From: Tubulanus polymorphus
Taxonomy: Eukaryota > Animalia > Nemertea
Assembly: GCF_964204645.1 (NCBI RefSeq)
Contig: NC_134028.1
Coordinates: 13,585,653 to 13,649,652 of the forward strand
Length of the DNA stretch: 64,000 bases
Direction of reading: 5' to 3'
Shown: positions 15,001 through 26,806 of the stretch, one piece after another
Layout: the number at the start of each line of letters is the position of its first letter
Numbering within the stretch: position 1 is the first letter of the stretch
The notes under the pieces: model-generated
Seen by the model: the letters and a program-made list of their open reading frames with translations, nothing else
Databases searched by the model: none
What the model was told of the DNA's origin: nothing
Position numbers and translations under genes: made by a program

Positions 15001-15615
15001 AACGACGTTTTCGGTCCGAAAAGTGCTTTTCCTGACGATTTGAGCGCTTTTACGCATCGACATTGTCGTTTTTCCGATAGGGGGAATATTCGATACGAAA
15101 ACGTCTTTTCTCGCGCTGAACGACGTTTTCGGTCCGAAAAGTGCTTTTCCTGACGATTTGAGCGCTTTTACGCATCGACATTGTCGTTTTTCCGATAGGG
15201 GGAATATTCGATACGAAAACGTCTTTTCTCGCGCTGAACGACGTTTTCGGGCCGAAAAGTGCTTTTCCTGACGATTTGAGCGCTTTTACGCATCGACATT
15301 GTCGTTTTTCCGATAGGGGGAATATTCGATACGAAAACGTCTTTTCTCGCGCTGAACGACGTTTTCGGGCCGAAAAGTGCTTTTCCTGACGATTTGAGCG
15401 CTTTTACGCATCGACATTGTCGTTTTTCCGATAGGGGGAATATTCGATACGAAAACGTCTTTTCTCGCGCTGAACGACGTTATCGGTCCGAAAAGTGCTT
15501 TTCCTGACGATTTGAGCGCTTTTACGCATCGACATTGTCGTTTTTCCGATAGGGGGAATATTTGACACGAAAACGTCTTTTCTCGCGCTGAACGACGTTT
15601 TCGGTCCGAAAAGCT
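1..15615. repeat. 118-bp tandem satellite DNA with interspersed 105-bp variant monomers
   Basis: CCGATAGGGGGAATATT recurs at 5, 123, 241 (period 118). The variant lacks ATCGACATTGTCG (13 bp). All ORFs in this region are translations of the repeat. Confidence 0.98.
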
Positions 15616-15997
15616 CTTTTATAGCAGCTTGTTGTTTTGTTTAGAAATGTATTTGTTAGTCGTGTTTGTAAAGTAATTAGTCATATGTTCTTTCTGTCTT
15701 TGTTTATGGCATGTTGTTGCTCAAATTGTCTACTCACTGTCTGTCACCTTTGTTTTTCATACCTAAGTTTTTGTTACTATGCAGGAATATATATATAGAT
15801 ATAAGAGTCAGTTGAAACAGAATGAGGGACACAACGCACTCTTTTATTTGGCAGTTTGTACTGAGCAGTTGTTGCGGTCGGTCGGAAGCCGACCAAGCAT
15901 TTGAATAAAAGATATTTTATCAAGATGGAATTGATGACTTTGGATTTATTTTGACGAGCTAGTTCCCGAGTGCACTGACAATCCTAGTTGTTACAAT

Positions 15998-16007
15998 TGG
16001 TGGAGAA
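15998..16007 (+). promoter_or_regulatory. Primer binding site of element A (tRNA-Ala-like 3' end)
   Basis: TGGTGGAGAA begins 3 nt after the LTR end ...TTACA and is complementary to a ...TTCTCCACCA tRNA end. Confidence 0.75.
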
Positions 16008-16247
16008 CCCGTTGGCAAGATCTGACAGGCACTGCAGGTTAACAATCTTGTGCCTAGTTTTGGATAAGTAATGGCTGTACTTTGCAAGAATTGTGGACTC
16101 AACTGTTGGAGCCGGACATGTTGTCACGCACAAAACGCATGCTGCAACCGTTGTTATATCATCGGACAATTTGCCCGATTTTGTTAGAATCCTGAGAAGC
16201 GAACCCGTCAAAAGTACGCGAAAAAAATTCGAGATCTGCCGAAGCTT

Positions 16248-16790
16248 ATGATGTTCAATCAGCGTAAACAAATTGAAAACCTCCGAATTATCAGAGAAGG
16301 TATATGCATGAATCTGGGCGAGAATCAGTGCCCAATGATAGTTAGTTCACCAATCGACGTTGGCATCTTAGACTGGGATGATGAGCATTTGTCTGTGGAT
16401 ATTTTACACCCGGAGCGACTAGACACATCAAAGCTACTTGAATTCGTGAGTTACCCAGTTTTTAGCGCGATTGAGCTGGATCTCAATTTCGAAAAAATCC
16501 CTAATCATGTCACTGATCAGTGCATCTTAGTAGATAATGTGTATTCTGCTGAGGAAACCGCAGCCGATATTTCTATTCTCGATGCGAAAATCCAAAATTT
16601 GTGTTCCATTTGCGATCGATTAAAAAACATAACTTTTCGGAATAAAAGGAATAGTGTCGTGATTGATTTGATGCTTATTAAACTTTTGTATACGCTCGCG
16701 ACCATCTCTAAAGTGATATTGAGATGGCAAATGTGCCAGCAGATTAGTCAATATTTTAATGTCAAATGCCTTGTTTCACATGTATTGTGA
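16248..16790 (+). CDS. Hypothetical 180-aa ORF inside LTR element A
   Basis: ORF track only; no recognisable gag or pol motif. Confidence 0.3.
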   Translation: MMFNQRKQIENLRIIREGICMNLGENQCPMIVSSPIDVGILDWDDEHLSVDILHPERLDTSKLLEFVSYPVFSAIELDLNFEKIPNHVTDQCILVDNVYSAEETAADISILDAKIQNLCSICDRLKNITFRNKRNSVVIDLMLIKLLYTLATISKVILRWQMCQQISQYFNVKCLVSHVL

Positions 16791-16980
16791 AATACCACGT
16801 ACCCCTCCGTCTGGTTTTTTTCATATTATATATACCTTAGATCTCTTAAACAATTTGAGCACTTATGTCTAGTATTGTGGTTTTTGTTGATTGTGTTATT
16901 GTTTTTATGTTCATTGTGTAATTTGTCATATATTATGTAGTACATGTTTTCTAGATAAGATGAGATTCCGAGTAATTAGG

Positions 16981-18505
16981 TTTTAAATGATTTCGTAACG
17001 TTGTTGCGCTTTATAGTCAACAAGTATTGTTACGTTCGAGATACGTTTTTTAAATGATTTTGTAACGTTGTTGCGCTTTATAGTCAACAAGTATTGTTAC
17101 GTTCGAGATACGTTTTTTAAATGATTTTGTAACGTTGTTGCGCTTTATAGTCAACAAGTATTGTTACGTTCGAGATACGTTTTTTAAAGGATTTTGTAAC
17201 GTTGTTGCGCTTTATAGTCAACAAGTATTGTTACGTTCGAGATACGTTTTTTTAATGATTTTGTAACGTTGTTGCGCTTTATAGTCAACAAGTATTGTTA
17301 CGTTCGAGATACGTTTTTTTAATGATTTTGTAACGTTGTTGGGCTTTATAGTCAACAAGTATTGTTACGTTCGAGATAAGTTTTTTTTAATGAGTTTGTA
17401 ACGTTGTTGCGCTTTATAGTCAACAAGTATTGTTACGTTTGAGATACGTTTTTTTAATGATTTTGTAACGTTGTTGGGCTATATAGTCAACAAGTATTGT
17501 TACGTACGAGATACGTTTTTTTAATGAGTTTGTAACGTTGTTGCGCTTTATAGTCAACAAGTATTGTTACGTTTGAGATACGTTTTTTTAATGATTTTGT
17601 AACGTTGTTGGGCTTTATAGTCAACAAGTATTGTTACGTACGAGATACGTTTTTTTTAATGAGTTTGTAACGTTGTTGCGCTTTATAGTCAACAAGTATT
17701 GTTACGTTTGAGATACGTTTTTTTTAATGATTTTGTAACGTTGTTGGGCTTTATAGTCAACAAGTATTGTTACGTTAGAGATACGTTTTTTAAATGATTT
17801 TGTAACGTTGTTGCGCTTTATAGTCAACAAGTATTGTTACGTTCGAGATACGTTTTTTAAAGGATTTTGTAACGTTGTTGCGCTTTATAGTCAACAAGTA
17901 TTGTTACGTTCGAGATACGTTTTTTTAATGATTTTGTAACGTTGTTGCGCTTTATAGTCAACAAGTATTGTTACGTTCGAGATACGTTTTTTTAATGATT
18001 TTGTAACGTTGTTGGGCTTTATAGTCAACAAGTATTGTTACGTTCGAGATAAGTTTTTTTTAATGAGTTTGTAACGTTGTTGCGCTTTATAGTCAACAAG
18101 TATTGTTACGTTTGAGATACGTTTTTTTAATGATTTTGTAACGTTGTTGGGCTATATAGTCAACAAGTATTGTTACGTACGAGATACGTTTTTTTAATGA
18201 GTTTGTAACGTTGTTGCGCTTTATAGTCAACAAGTATTGTTACGTTTGAGATACGTTTTTTTAATGATTTTGTAACGTTGTTGGGCTTTATAGTCAACAA
18301 GTATTGTTACGTACGAGATACGTTTTTTTTAATGAGTTTGTAACGTTGTTGCGCTTTATAGTCAACAAGTATTGTTACGTTTGAGATACGTTTTTTTTAA
18401 TGATTTTGTAACGTTGTTGGGCTTTATAGTCAACAAGTATTGTTACGTTAGAGATATGGTTTTTTTTTTAAATTTTGTAACGTTGTTGCGCTTGGTCAAC
18501 AAGTA
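16981..18505. repeat. 67-69-bp tandem array (~22 copies) inside LTR element A
   Basis: Unit AATGATTTTGTAACGTTGTTGCGCTTTATAGTCAACAAGTATTGTTACGTTCGAGATACG followed by a variable T run. Confidence 0.96.
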
Positions 18506-18631
18506 TGGTTGGATAGTATTGTATTTTTTCCTAGTTTTTCTTTTACATGATTTAACCCTGTAGTAGTTTCTCGACTTTAGCGTATATGCAAAAGTCGCAG
18601 AGAAAGTATAGTGGAGTATAGCAGCTTGTTG

Positions 18632-21600
18632 TATTGGGGTGATAAATTAGTAGTTTGCATAGAGGGAGGGAAGCCAGAGTTCAGGGCAGTGGCTGAAGTT
18701 AGTAAACAACCTACGTAGATGCTTACGTCGCACACAAGACACTGAATAGAAGATAGGTGAAAGTGACGTGAGTATCTGCGTAGGGTTGCTGGTTATAGCG
18801 GCAGCCTTGAGCTCTGGTATGGCTAGGAAGTAAACAAGTATAATAAACTCGTGACGTATAACATATTCAGAAGTATACGTCACGAGTAACATGAAATAAG
18901 ATAAAAAGGGAGGGTCAGCACAGTAAGGGGGAGAGAGATGCTAGAGTGGCGGAGAAGCCTAAAAATACGAGCTGTAGGAAGGAATAAGAATTGTGCGGGA
19001 AAATAAAGAAAGAACGTAGACCCACGAGAAGAGTTGTTATTATTCCGGAGTCAGAGGGATATCACTTATCGGATTTAATCGGAACCAACAACGACAACAC
19101 GAGGGGAGAACGCAACGTGGCCCCCACAACAATTGGTTGAGAAACTCAACCCCACAACATTGGTGGAGAACAGTGGTGTATCCTGCACCTCTCGCTGCCA
19201 AGCGATCGTGTATATTTGGTGAGTGAACAGGGGTGAAGTAAAAGTGAAAGATGAACGTTACATTCCGTAACCGTTATAATTACATGAAATACGGGCCGCT
19301 ACCGCGGGTTAAGTTGAAATATTGCGGATAACTCGATCTGTGTATAAAAATCATTCCCGTCTGGATTTAATAGCTGTTTGTTTGTCTTATTCGAGAAATA
19401 TGTAATCTTCATATCGTCAGATTTAGTTGAAATGAATTATAGAGCTTCCAGTGCAGAAAGTAGTTGTTTCTTTCCATATTTAAATTAATTGAATTATCCG
19501 ATTTGGTGTGGCGTTTTCGTAAGATCGTGTTTTGGACACTACGTTTTACATGGCAGCAAATTGAATTTACGACTCCGAATTTAGATTCGTGTGAATTAAC
19601 GGACATAATGGCGTTCGGAAACGAAGTGATTCTGCGATCATAGTGCGATAAATGAAAAACAGTAGAGTATTAGAGGCATTATACAAACGCATTTAATCAT
19701 CGGACAGTTCATAGATCTGCTACGGGAAATCGACCTTGGAGACGTTCAACGGACTACAATTGCGGCTTATAGTAATTGTAAATAATATGATATGTATTTC
19801 TGCATGTTTTGATTGCTTTTGTAGAATGATACTCAGCGTTTTTAAGTTGCTTGTGTGCTGGGTTATTGTATCTACGTAGATATAAATATGCACTACGTAA
19901 ATCTTTTATAGTTTGCTAAATTTGCTGGATGGTATTTCGCGAAAGAATGATTTATTAGTCTAGGTGAGCCACTCGGTTATCAGTGTAACGATAGTTGAAA
20001 GCGCTCACTGCCTGTATATACCTAACAAATAACTGTGGTGTTTACGTGGTTTTAAGAAATATAATGAGTATCGCGAGTTAGTATAGAATATGTTTATTGT
20101 GCAAAGGTTAGATTGGGCGCTCAGTGGTGAATCTTACCGGAGGGGGTTTGAATAGAGTTGTTTATATGAGATGAATTAAGGTGGACCAGGGACCTGGATG
20201 AAGAGTAAGGGATGCTCTGGGGGTGGTCCGGAATAATACGGGGGATTAGAGCCCGAAAGATGAATTCTGAAGATCCTTTGAAACAGTATAATGTTTAGTG
20301 GCTGGCCTCGGGGAGAGATTGGATATATATGTTGGGCATTATTAGGGTCGAATATCAAGAAATACCAAATGGGTGATTCGTCGGCCGGTTCCCTATTTAT
20401 CCATAGATTTTATTTACTCCGGTAAGGCGTGACATGGGGGATGATACGGAAATGAGAAATGTCACGATACAGCTATTTGTTAGGTATGCTGAAATGGCCA
20501 TTCAGGGGATTGGTTTTTTAGAAGTAAAGGGTTGCTCATTGCGTAATACAATAAGTATGATAAGTATTATTCGGTAGATTGGGTATCTTAACTGAATGGT
20601 CGTAGATTGCAGGGATGTGTGAGCGCTATGTTTTTTTTTCCGAACTTTCAGTCCGTCTTGACCGGTTTATATACAGGATGATGCGTCGGCCGTTTTACAT
20701 GTGGGGTTATATCCCCTGATTTGCGGGAAGGAATTAGAACAATTCGAATATCAGATGTGGGTGGTTTGGAAGACCATAGGCCCAGGAGTTAAAGTTAATT
20801 TTTGAGAATCGGCTGTTTGAATGGCACTGAATGAGTAGTGTCCAGAGGAATTTTCCCTAACTTTTGGGTGATGCATCTTAATGAGTTTTGTGGTCACTTT
20901 ATGACATCCTTCCATAAATATATGGCGGCCTGCCTGTCTATTTCAACGGTTCCAAGCCGCAAATAGCAGTTCATGTTATCCCTGCCTAGACTACGGATTA
21001 ATGTGCTTTCTGAGGAAATGGGTGGGGACTAGCAGCTGACATCTCAATAATGCGAATGTACGCATGCGGTATATTCATTTTTGGTATGTTTTGGCTTACC
21101 TTTATGTTACGTACACATAGAAAAATTATTATGAAATTGTTTGTGAATTCATTGTTGAGCATGTATGTTGCCAACGTGTGCTGGGCACATAATAATCAAC
21201 TAAATGATGTATCTGGCATCTGTATTAATTTACGTCGTTGATTGGGGTCGGGACAGGTTTGACAAATCATCTGATATCGGTTAAGGTAACGGCTGATAGT
21301 TTGGACAGTGGGAAATTGACGTGTTTGCAATGGTAATTTTAATGACAAATTAGGCTGCACACACTGATTATTTTTTTTGGTAAAGATAACGAGAACGAGA
21401 AGAGTCAGAAAGTTGAAGTGGTTGGTCATATATTGTTAAATTATTAGACTACATGAATGTGGATATAGAGAAATGGGTGATTGTCTATGAAAGCTATTTG
21501 GGAAGTTGTGTTTGATATGTTTTTTTTTGCATGACTACAATTGTATAGGCTTGTTCTCATTAAATGTAAGATCAATATACAGATGTACATGCCTCATAAT

Positions 21601-22628
21601 TGTTATATATTACTGATGAAAAGAGTCTCATATTTGATATTTGTAGATGATTACTTTCCCTTAGATAAAGTTCGTGTGTTAAGTTTATAAGTATTTAGAA
21701 ATATTTTTTGCTTACCGTAAAATTCTATGGGGTCCATGTAGGTCTCGTTGATGAATCAGATGAACTGATGATGAGTGGGGTGTGTTGCTTAGTTTAGGTA
21801 GAAGTTATGCGGGATGGGGTAATAGGGGAAAGGGTCAGAAATTGTGATTTATGGCTACTTTACAGGTGTTGTAAATTGATGTACGGAATGGTGGTTGTGT
21901 ATCATTAGTCTTGATGTTCTGAAGGTTTTGTGTAATTTTCATTACCCTGCGGCTGGCTTTAAGTTGTAAGAGATGTTGCTTATAAATGATGTTCTGAAGC
22001 CTGTGCACTTTTGAAAAGATTTTTTTTTTTTGGGAAACTACAATAGGGTCTTGTGAATTTTTGGCGATTGGGGACCAATCGTCTGGGGAGGAGGATAGTA
22101 TTGGGGTGATAAATTAGTAGTTTGCATAGAGGGAGGGAAGCCAGAGTTCAGGGCAGTGGCTGAAGTTAGTAAACAACCTATACGTAGATGCTTACGTCGC
22201 ACACAAGACACTGAATAGAAGATAGGTGAAAGTGACGTGAGTATCTGCGTAGGGTTGCTGGTTATAGCGGCAGCCTTGAGCTCTGGTATGGCTAGGAAGT
22301 AAACAAGTATAATAAACTCGTGACGTATAACATATTCAGAAGTATACGTCACGAGTAACATGAAATAAGATAAAAAGGGAGGGTCAGCACAGTAAGGGGG
22401 AGAGAGATGCTAGAGTGGCGGAGAAGCCTAAAAATACGAGCTGTAGGAAGGAATAAGAATTGTGCGGGAAAATAAAGAAAGAACGTAGACCCACGAGAAG
22501 AGTTGTTATTATTCCGGAGTCAGAGGGATATCACTTATCGGATTTAATCGGAACCAACAACGACAACACGAGGGGAGAACGCAACGTGGCCCCCACAACA
22601 ATTGGTTGAGAAACTCAACCCCACAACA
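18632..22628 (+). mobile_element. Non-autonomous LTR retrotransposon B nested in the 3' LTR of A
   Basis: Near-identical LTRs 18632-19159 and 22099-22628. TSD GTTG (18628-18631, 22629-22632). PBS TGGTGGAGAA 19161-19170. PPT GGGGAGGAGGA ~22085-22095. No long internal ORF. Confidence 0.92.
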
Positions 22629-22995
22629 GTTGTTTTGTTTAGAAATGTATTTGTTAGTCGTGTTTGTAAAGTAATTAGTCATATGTTCTTTCTGTCTTTG
22701 TTTATGGCATGTTGTTGCTCAAATTGTCTACTCACTGTCTGTCACCTTTGTTTTTCATACCTAAGTTTTTGTTACTATGCAGGAATATATATATATAGAT
22801 ATAAGAGTCAGTTGAAACAGAAAGAGGGACACAACGCACACTTTTATTTGGCAGTTTGTACTGAGCAGTTGTTGCGGTCGGTCGGAAGCCGACCAAGCAT
22901 TTGAATAAAAGATATTTTATCAAGATGGAATTGATGACTTTGGATTTATTTTGACGAGCTAGTTCCCGAGTGCACTGAAAATCCTAGTTGTTACA

Positions 22996-24015
22996 CTTTT
23001 CCTGACGATTTGAGCGCTTTTGCGCATCGACATTGTCGTTTTTCCGATAGGGGGAATATTGGATACGAAAACGTCTTTTCTCGCGCTGAACGACGTTTTC
23101 GCGTCGAAAAGTGCTTTTCCTGACGATTTGAGCGCTTTTACGCATCGACATTGTCGTTTTTCCGATAGGGGGAATATTCGATACGAAAACGTCTTTTCTC
23201 GCGCTGAACGACGTTTTCGGTCCGAAAAGTGCTTTTCCTGACGATTTGAGCGCTTTTACGCATCGACATTGTCGTTTTTCCGATAGGGGGAATATTTGAT
23301 ACGAAAACGTCTTTTCTCGCGCTGAACGACGTTTTCGGGCCGAAAAGTGCTTTTCCTGACGATTTGAGCGCTTTTACGCATCGACATTGTCGTTTTTCCG
23401 ATAGGGGGAATATTTGATACGAAAACGTCTTTTCTCGCGCTGAACGACGTTTTCGCTTCGAAAAGTGCTTTTCCTGACGATTTGAGCGCTTTTACGCATC
23501 GACATTGTCGTTTTTCCGATAGGGGGAATATTTGATACGAAAACCTCTTTTCTCGCGCTGATCGACGTTTTTGGCCCGAAAAGTGCTTTTCCTGACGATT
23601 TGAGCGCTTTTACGCATCGACATTGTCGTTTTTCCGATAGTGGGAATATTTGATATGAAAACGTCGTTTCTCGCGCTGAACAACGTTTTCGGGTCGAAAA
23701 GTGCTTTTCCTGACGATTCGAGCGCTTTTACGCATCGACATTGTCGTTTTTCCGATAGGGGGAATATTTGATACGAAAACGTCTTTTCTCGCGCTGAACG
23801 ACGATTTCGGGCCGAAAAGTGCTTTTCCTGACGATTTGAGCGCTTTTACGCATCGACATTGTCGTTTTTCCGATAGGGGGAATATTTGATACGAAAACGT
23901 CTTTTCTCGCGCTGAACGACGTTTTCGGTCCGAAAAGTGCTTTTCCTGACGATTTGAGCGCTTTTACGCATCGACATTGTCGTTTTTCCGATAGGGGGAA
24001 TATTTGATACGAAAA
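22996..24015. repeat. Continuation and edge of the 118-bp satellite (~8.5 monomers)
   Basis: The same monomer resumes in phase after the LTR element (CTTTTCCTGACG). More private substitutions near 23560-23720. Confidence 0.97.
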
Positions 24016-24096
24016 AAGTAATTGGGAAAGTAGGCTTTCAGATCAGAGGTCGAAGGTCGACCACTCATCACCACAAGTAATTTTTTTTCCTAATAA

Positions 24097-24421
24097 ATGG
24101 GAGATAGAAAAGCATTCTTAGCAACAATAAATAACAGAATTAAACCAACAAAAAACAATTTGAAATAAAAAAGTTAGTTGATGTTACAAAAGAAATTGAA
24201 CATAAGATATTGAAATTAGAAAAGATAAAAACTAAATATGGAGAGAAAGTATCAGCTAATCTAAGCTACTGCAATGTTAGTACATCACGAGAATTTAAAG
24301 TGTTTTTACCCGATAAATGGGTTTCATTGAGTACAGAGGAATTGAAAGATTTAGTAGGATTTAAAATAATATATCATGGGAAAATGAAGACGGTCATCAT
24401 GATTTAGAAATTGTTGATTAA
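24097..24421 (+). pseudogene. Frameshifted small Polinton gene, paralog of 41003-41356
   Basis: TKYGEKV...FKVFLPDKW..LSTEELKDL...IIYHGK aligns with NKYGDKL...FRTYLPDRF..LSSEDLEEL...FIYKGK. Confidence 0.7.
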
Positions 24422-24507
24422 ATAAAAAATAAAAATAATGAATATCTAGAATTCAAAATGACCTTAATCGTTTTATTAACAACTACAATCATACAGTCAA
24501 ACATCTG

Positions 24508-24756
24508 TTACATGTTATTATAAGGGAGTGCTTCATTTGAATATTGATCGACAAAATTTTTACATTTTCTAGATGCTATTAATATTTCTAATTGATGTTT
24601 ACAATAAAGATAATATTCATAATTATTATTTGTTGTAACATTATTTAAAGCACCATCATCTGGAGTTAATTTTGTTTCTGTTATTCCTAAATCATCTAAA
24701 GTTTTTTCAATTGGAACATCACCATTTTTAGATTTTATTTTCTTTTCACCTACCAT
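24508..24756 (-). CDS. Hypothetical Polinton protein (82 aa)
   Basis: ORF starting at the element-typical TAAATG motif. Confidence 0.5.
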   Translation of the reverse strand: MVGEKKIKSKNGDVPIEKTLDDLGITETKLTPDDGALNNVTTNNNYEYYLYCKHQLEILIASRKCKNFVDQYSNEALPYNNM

Positions 24757-24788
24757 TTATATAACAAAAAAATTAGTTGTGATGTTGC

Positions 24789-25032
24789 AACTAGAATTCA
24801 ACTAGAATGTAACTAGAATTCAACTAGATTAACAAGCTAGTTGAAATATTGTTGTTTTTGTTTATTTCTAGTTAAATCTAGTTGATTTTTGTTTCAACTA
24901 CTAACAACTAGAATTCAACTAGAATGTAACTAGAATTAAACTAGATTAACAAGCTAGTTAAAATATTGTTAAATCTATTTGATTTTTGTTACAAATACCA
25001 ATAACTAGAATTCAACTAGATTAACAAACTAA
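24789..25032. repeat. AACTAGAATTC-type 11-bp repeats within ~100-117-bp blocks
   Basis: AACTAGAATTCAACTAG...ATTAACAA blocks start at 24789, 24906 and 25003. Confidence 0.85.
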
Positions 25033-25038
25033 TTGAAT

Positions 25039-25647
25039 TTAAATAAATTCATATTTAAATGGGTGTTGTAATCTAAATAGTAATTTTGATCTTTTAATAT
25101 TTTTCAACTTATCCATATATTCATTATGTAAATCATGTGGAATAATATCATTTTCCTCAAGTGCATTTTTCATCGATTTTCTATCTTTATTGTAGAATAA
25201 AACTAGAAATCTAATGTTTTCTCTAAAGTCTTTAACAATTGAATTATATTTTTGATTTAAAACCCAAGTTGTTATCCCAAAATGTCTCCCAGAGAAAGCT
25301 AAATAGCATAACTCACTTTCTCTAACTTTTGAATCATGTAGATTAGCACAATCATCTATAATGAATAATGTATTTGATCCTTTATAAATATCAATTGCTA
25401 TTTTAATACAATTATCTAAATTTTCTTTTACTGTTTTAGGATCTAATATAATAAATTTATTATTCCTAGTAATATTTCTATCATAAGTTTGATTAAATTC
25501 ATATGTTGGACAAAATAATACTATATTATCAAAATAGTTTTCATAAACAGTTTCTAATAAAATTAATATAAAATAAGTTTTTCCACAATTTGTTACACCA
25601 GAAATTAACATATTATGAGGCTCAAATATGAATAATTCCTTATTCAT
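25039..25647 (-). CDS. A32/FtsK-like DNA packaging ATPase
   Basis: Walker A SGVTNCGKT, Walker B LFIIDD, and the GRHFGIT...NQ motif. Confidence 0.92.
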   Translation of the reverse strand: MNKELFIFEPHNMLISGVTNCGKTYFILILLETVYENYFDNIVLFCPTYEFNQTYDRNITRNNKFIILDPKTVKENLDNCIKIAIDIYKGSNTLFIIDDCANLHDSKVRESELCYLAFSGRHFGITTWVLNQKYNSIVKDFRENIRFLVLFYNKDRKSMKNALEENDIIPHDLHNEYMDKLKNIKRSKLLFRLQHPFKYEFI

Positions 25648-26776
25648 TTATATATTTGTAATTTTACTTGATAATATCCATTCATTGAATTTATCTGGCC
25701 ATCCAACCCATTTTACTAAAGAACATTTTTTTCTTTTAATAGTTTTTGTTTTTAATACTTTTTCAACTTTATATTCTTGTTCTAGATTTTCAGTAGTTAA
25801 ACTTAATTCTTCTTCGTAAAAGTAGCCATCAACTTCTTCACCATCTAAATCTTCTAATTTATAGACATATGGTTTTGTTGTTATTACCTTTTTTATTTTA
25901 TATATTTCTCTAGTAAAATTTCGATCGTATCCTTTATCAAATATCTTTTTATACTTAGAAATTCTAACATTTTGACCAACTTTAAATTTAGGTTCACCAA
26001 AATCATCTACAAGAAATGCTCCATATAAATTATTCCAAAAAATTTCAGCATTTTCAGGTTTTCTAGCATCAATAGGTTTCATTCCAATAGAAGAATGATA
26101 AGAATTATTATATCCTTCTATCAATTTTTGTAAAACATCAATCCATTTAAAAATATTATTTGCTGTAAAATATTTCCACATTCTTGTTCTTAATGTTCTA
26201 TTAAATCGTTCAACAACTGCTGCTTTTTTATCCGATTTTGTTGAAAAATATTTAATATTATGATTGTCTAAGAGTTCATGAACAAGTGAATTATCAAACT
26301 CTTTTCCATCATCAAATTGTATTTTCTCTGGTTTTAGTTTATCATCCGAAAGAAATTTTCTTAAAACATTTGATGTTTGTACAGCATCTTTTCTATAAAG
26401 TGGGAAGCTCCATACATAACGACTAAAAATATCAATTATATTCAATAACCACCAATAATCATCATTATCTTTCTTAACATTTTTCATATCAATTAAATCT
26501 CCTTGCCACTGTTGATCTACATAACTTACCATAGTTTTACGAGTTTTATATTTTCTAACAATTTTTTTATGTGTTGTATATGTTGGTTGTTCTAACATAA
26601 ATTCATTTATATCTTTATATTTAACTAAATTTTGTGGGATTATCTTATCTAATTTATCTTGTTTTACTTGAGGCCATATATTTTTAGTAGAAGAATAAGC
26701 AACTGAACTCACAGGGTTGTAATATAAATTTCTTAAATATTGTTCTTTAGTATTAGGAGTTTTTTTTACCACCCAT
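25648..26776 (-). CDS. RVE (DDE) integrase with C-terminal chromodomain
   Basis: WQGDLIDM, IQFDDGKEF, VVERFNRTL; C-terminal EYKVEKVLK...LVKWVGWPDKFNEWI. The motif-associated ATG at 26776 is out of frame with the ORF by a shift in an A-run. Confidence 0.95.
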
Positions 26777-26806
26777 TTATATATCCTTAATTTTAACTTT
26801 ATATTT

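Larger units (their letters stand above)
15620..22995 (+). mobile_element. Non-autonomous LTR retrotransposon A inserted in the satellite
   Basis: 5' LTR 15620-15995. 3' LTR split into 18617-18631 and 22633-22995. 4-bp TSD CTTT (15616-15619, 22996-22999). PBS TGGTGGAGAA at 15998. Purine-rich tract before 18617. No RT or integrase seen. Confidence 0.9.

Noticed and set aside
1-15615. CENP-B box in the satellite
   Set aside because: TTCG and CGGG occur but not in the TTCGnnnnAnnCGGG spacing.
16981-18505. Possible CRISPR array
   Set aside because: Units are contiguous with no unique spacers, there are no cas genes, and the context is eukaryotic.
19283-21760. Faint gag, zinc-knuckle and GPY/F-like remnants inside element B
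   Set aside because: Too degenerate to support by eye; needs a frameshift-aware translated search.
18647-22923. ORFs 18647-18892, 22038-22361, 22602-22904 and 22732-22923
   Set aside because: They lie within LTRs, have no domain motifs, and change with a 2-bp indel between copies.
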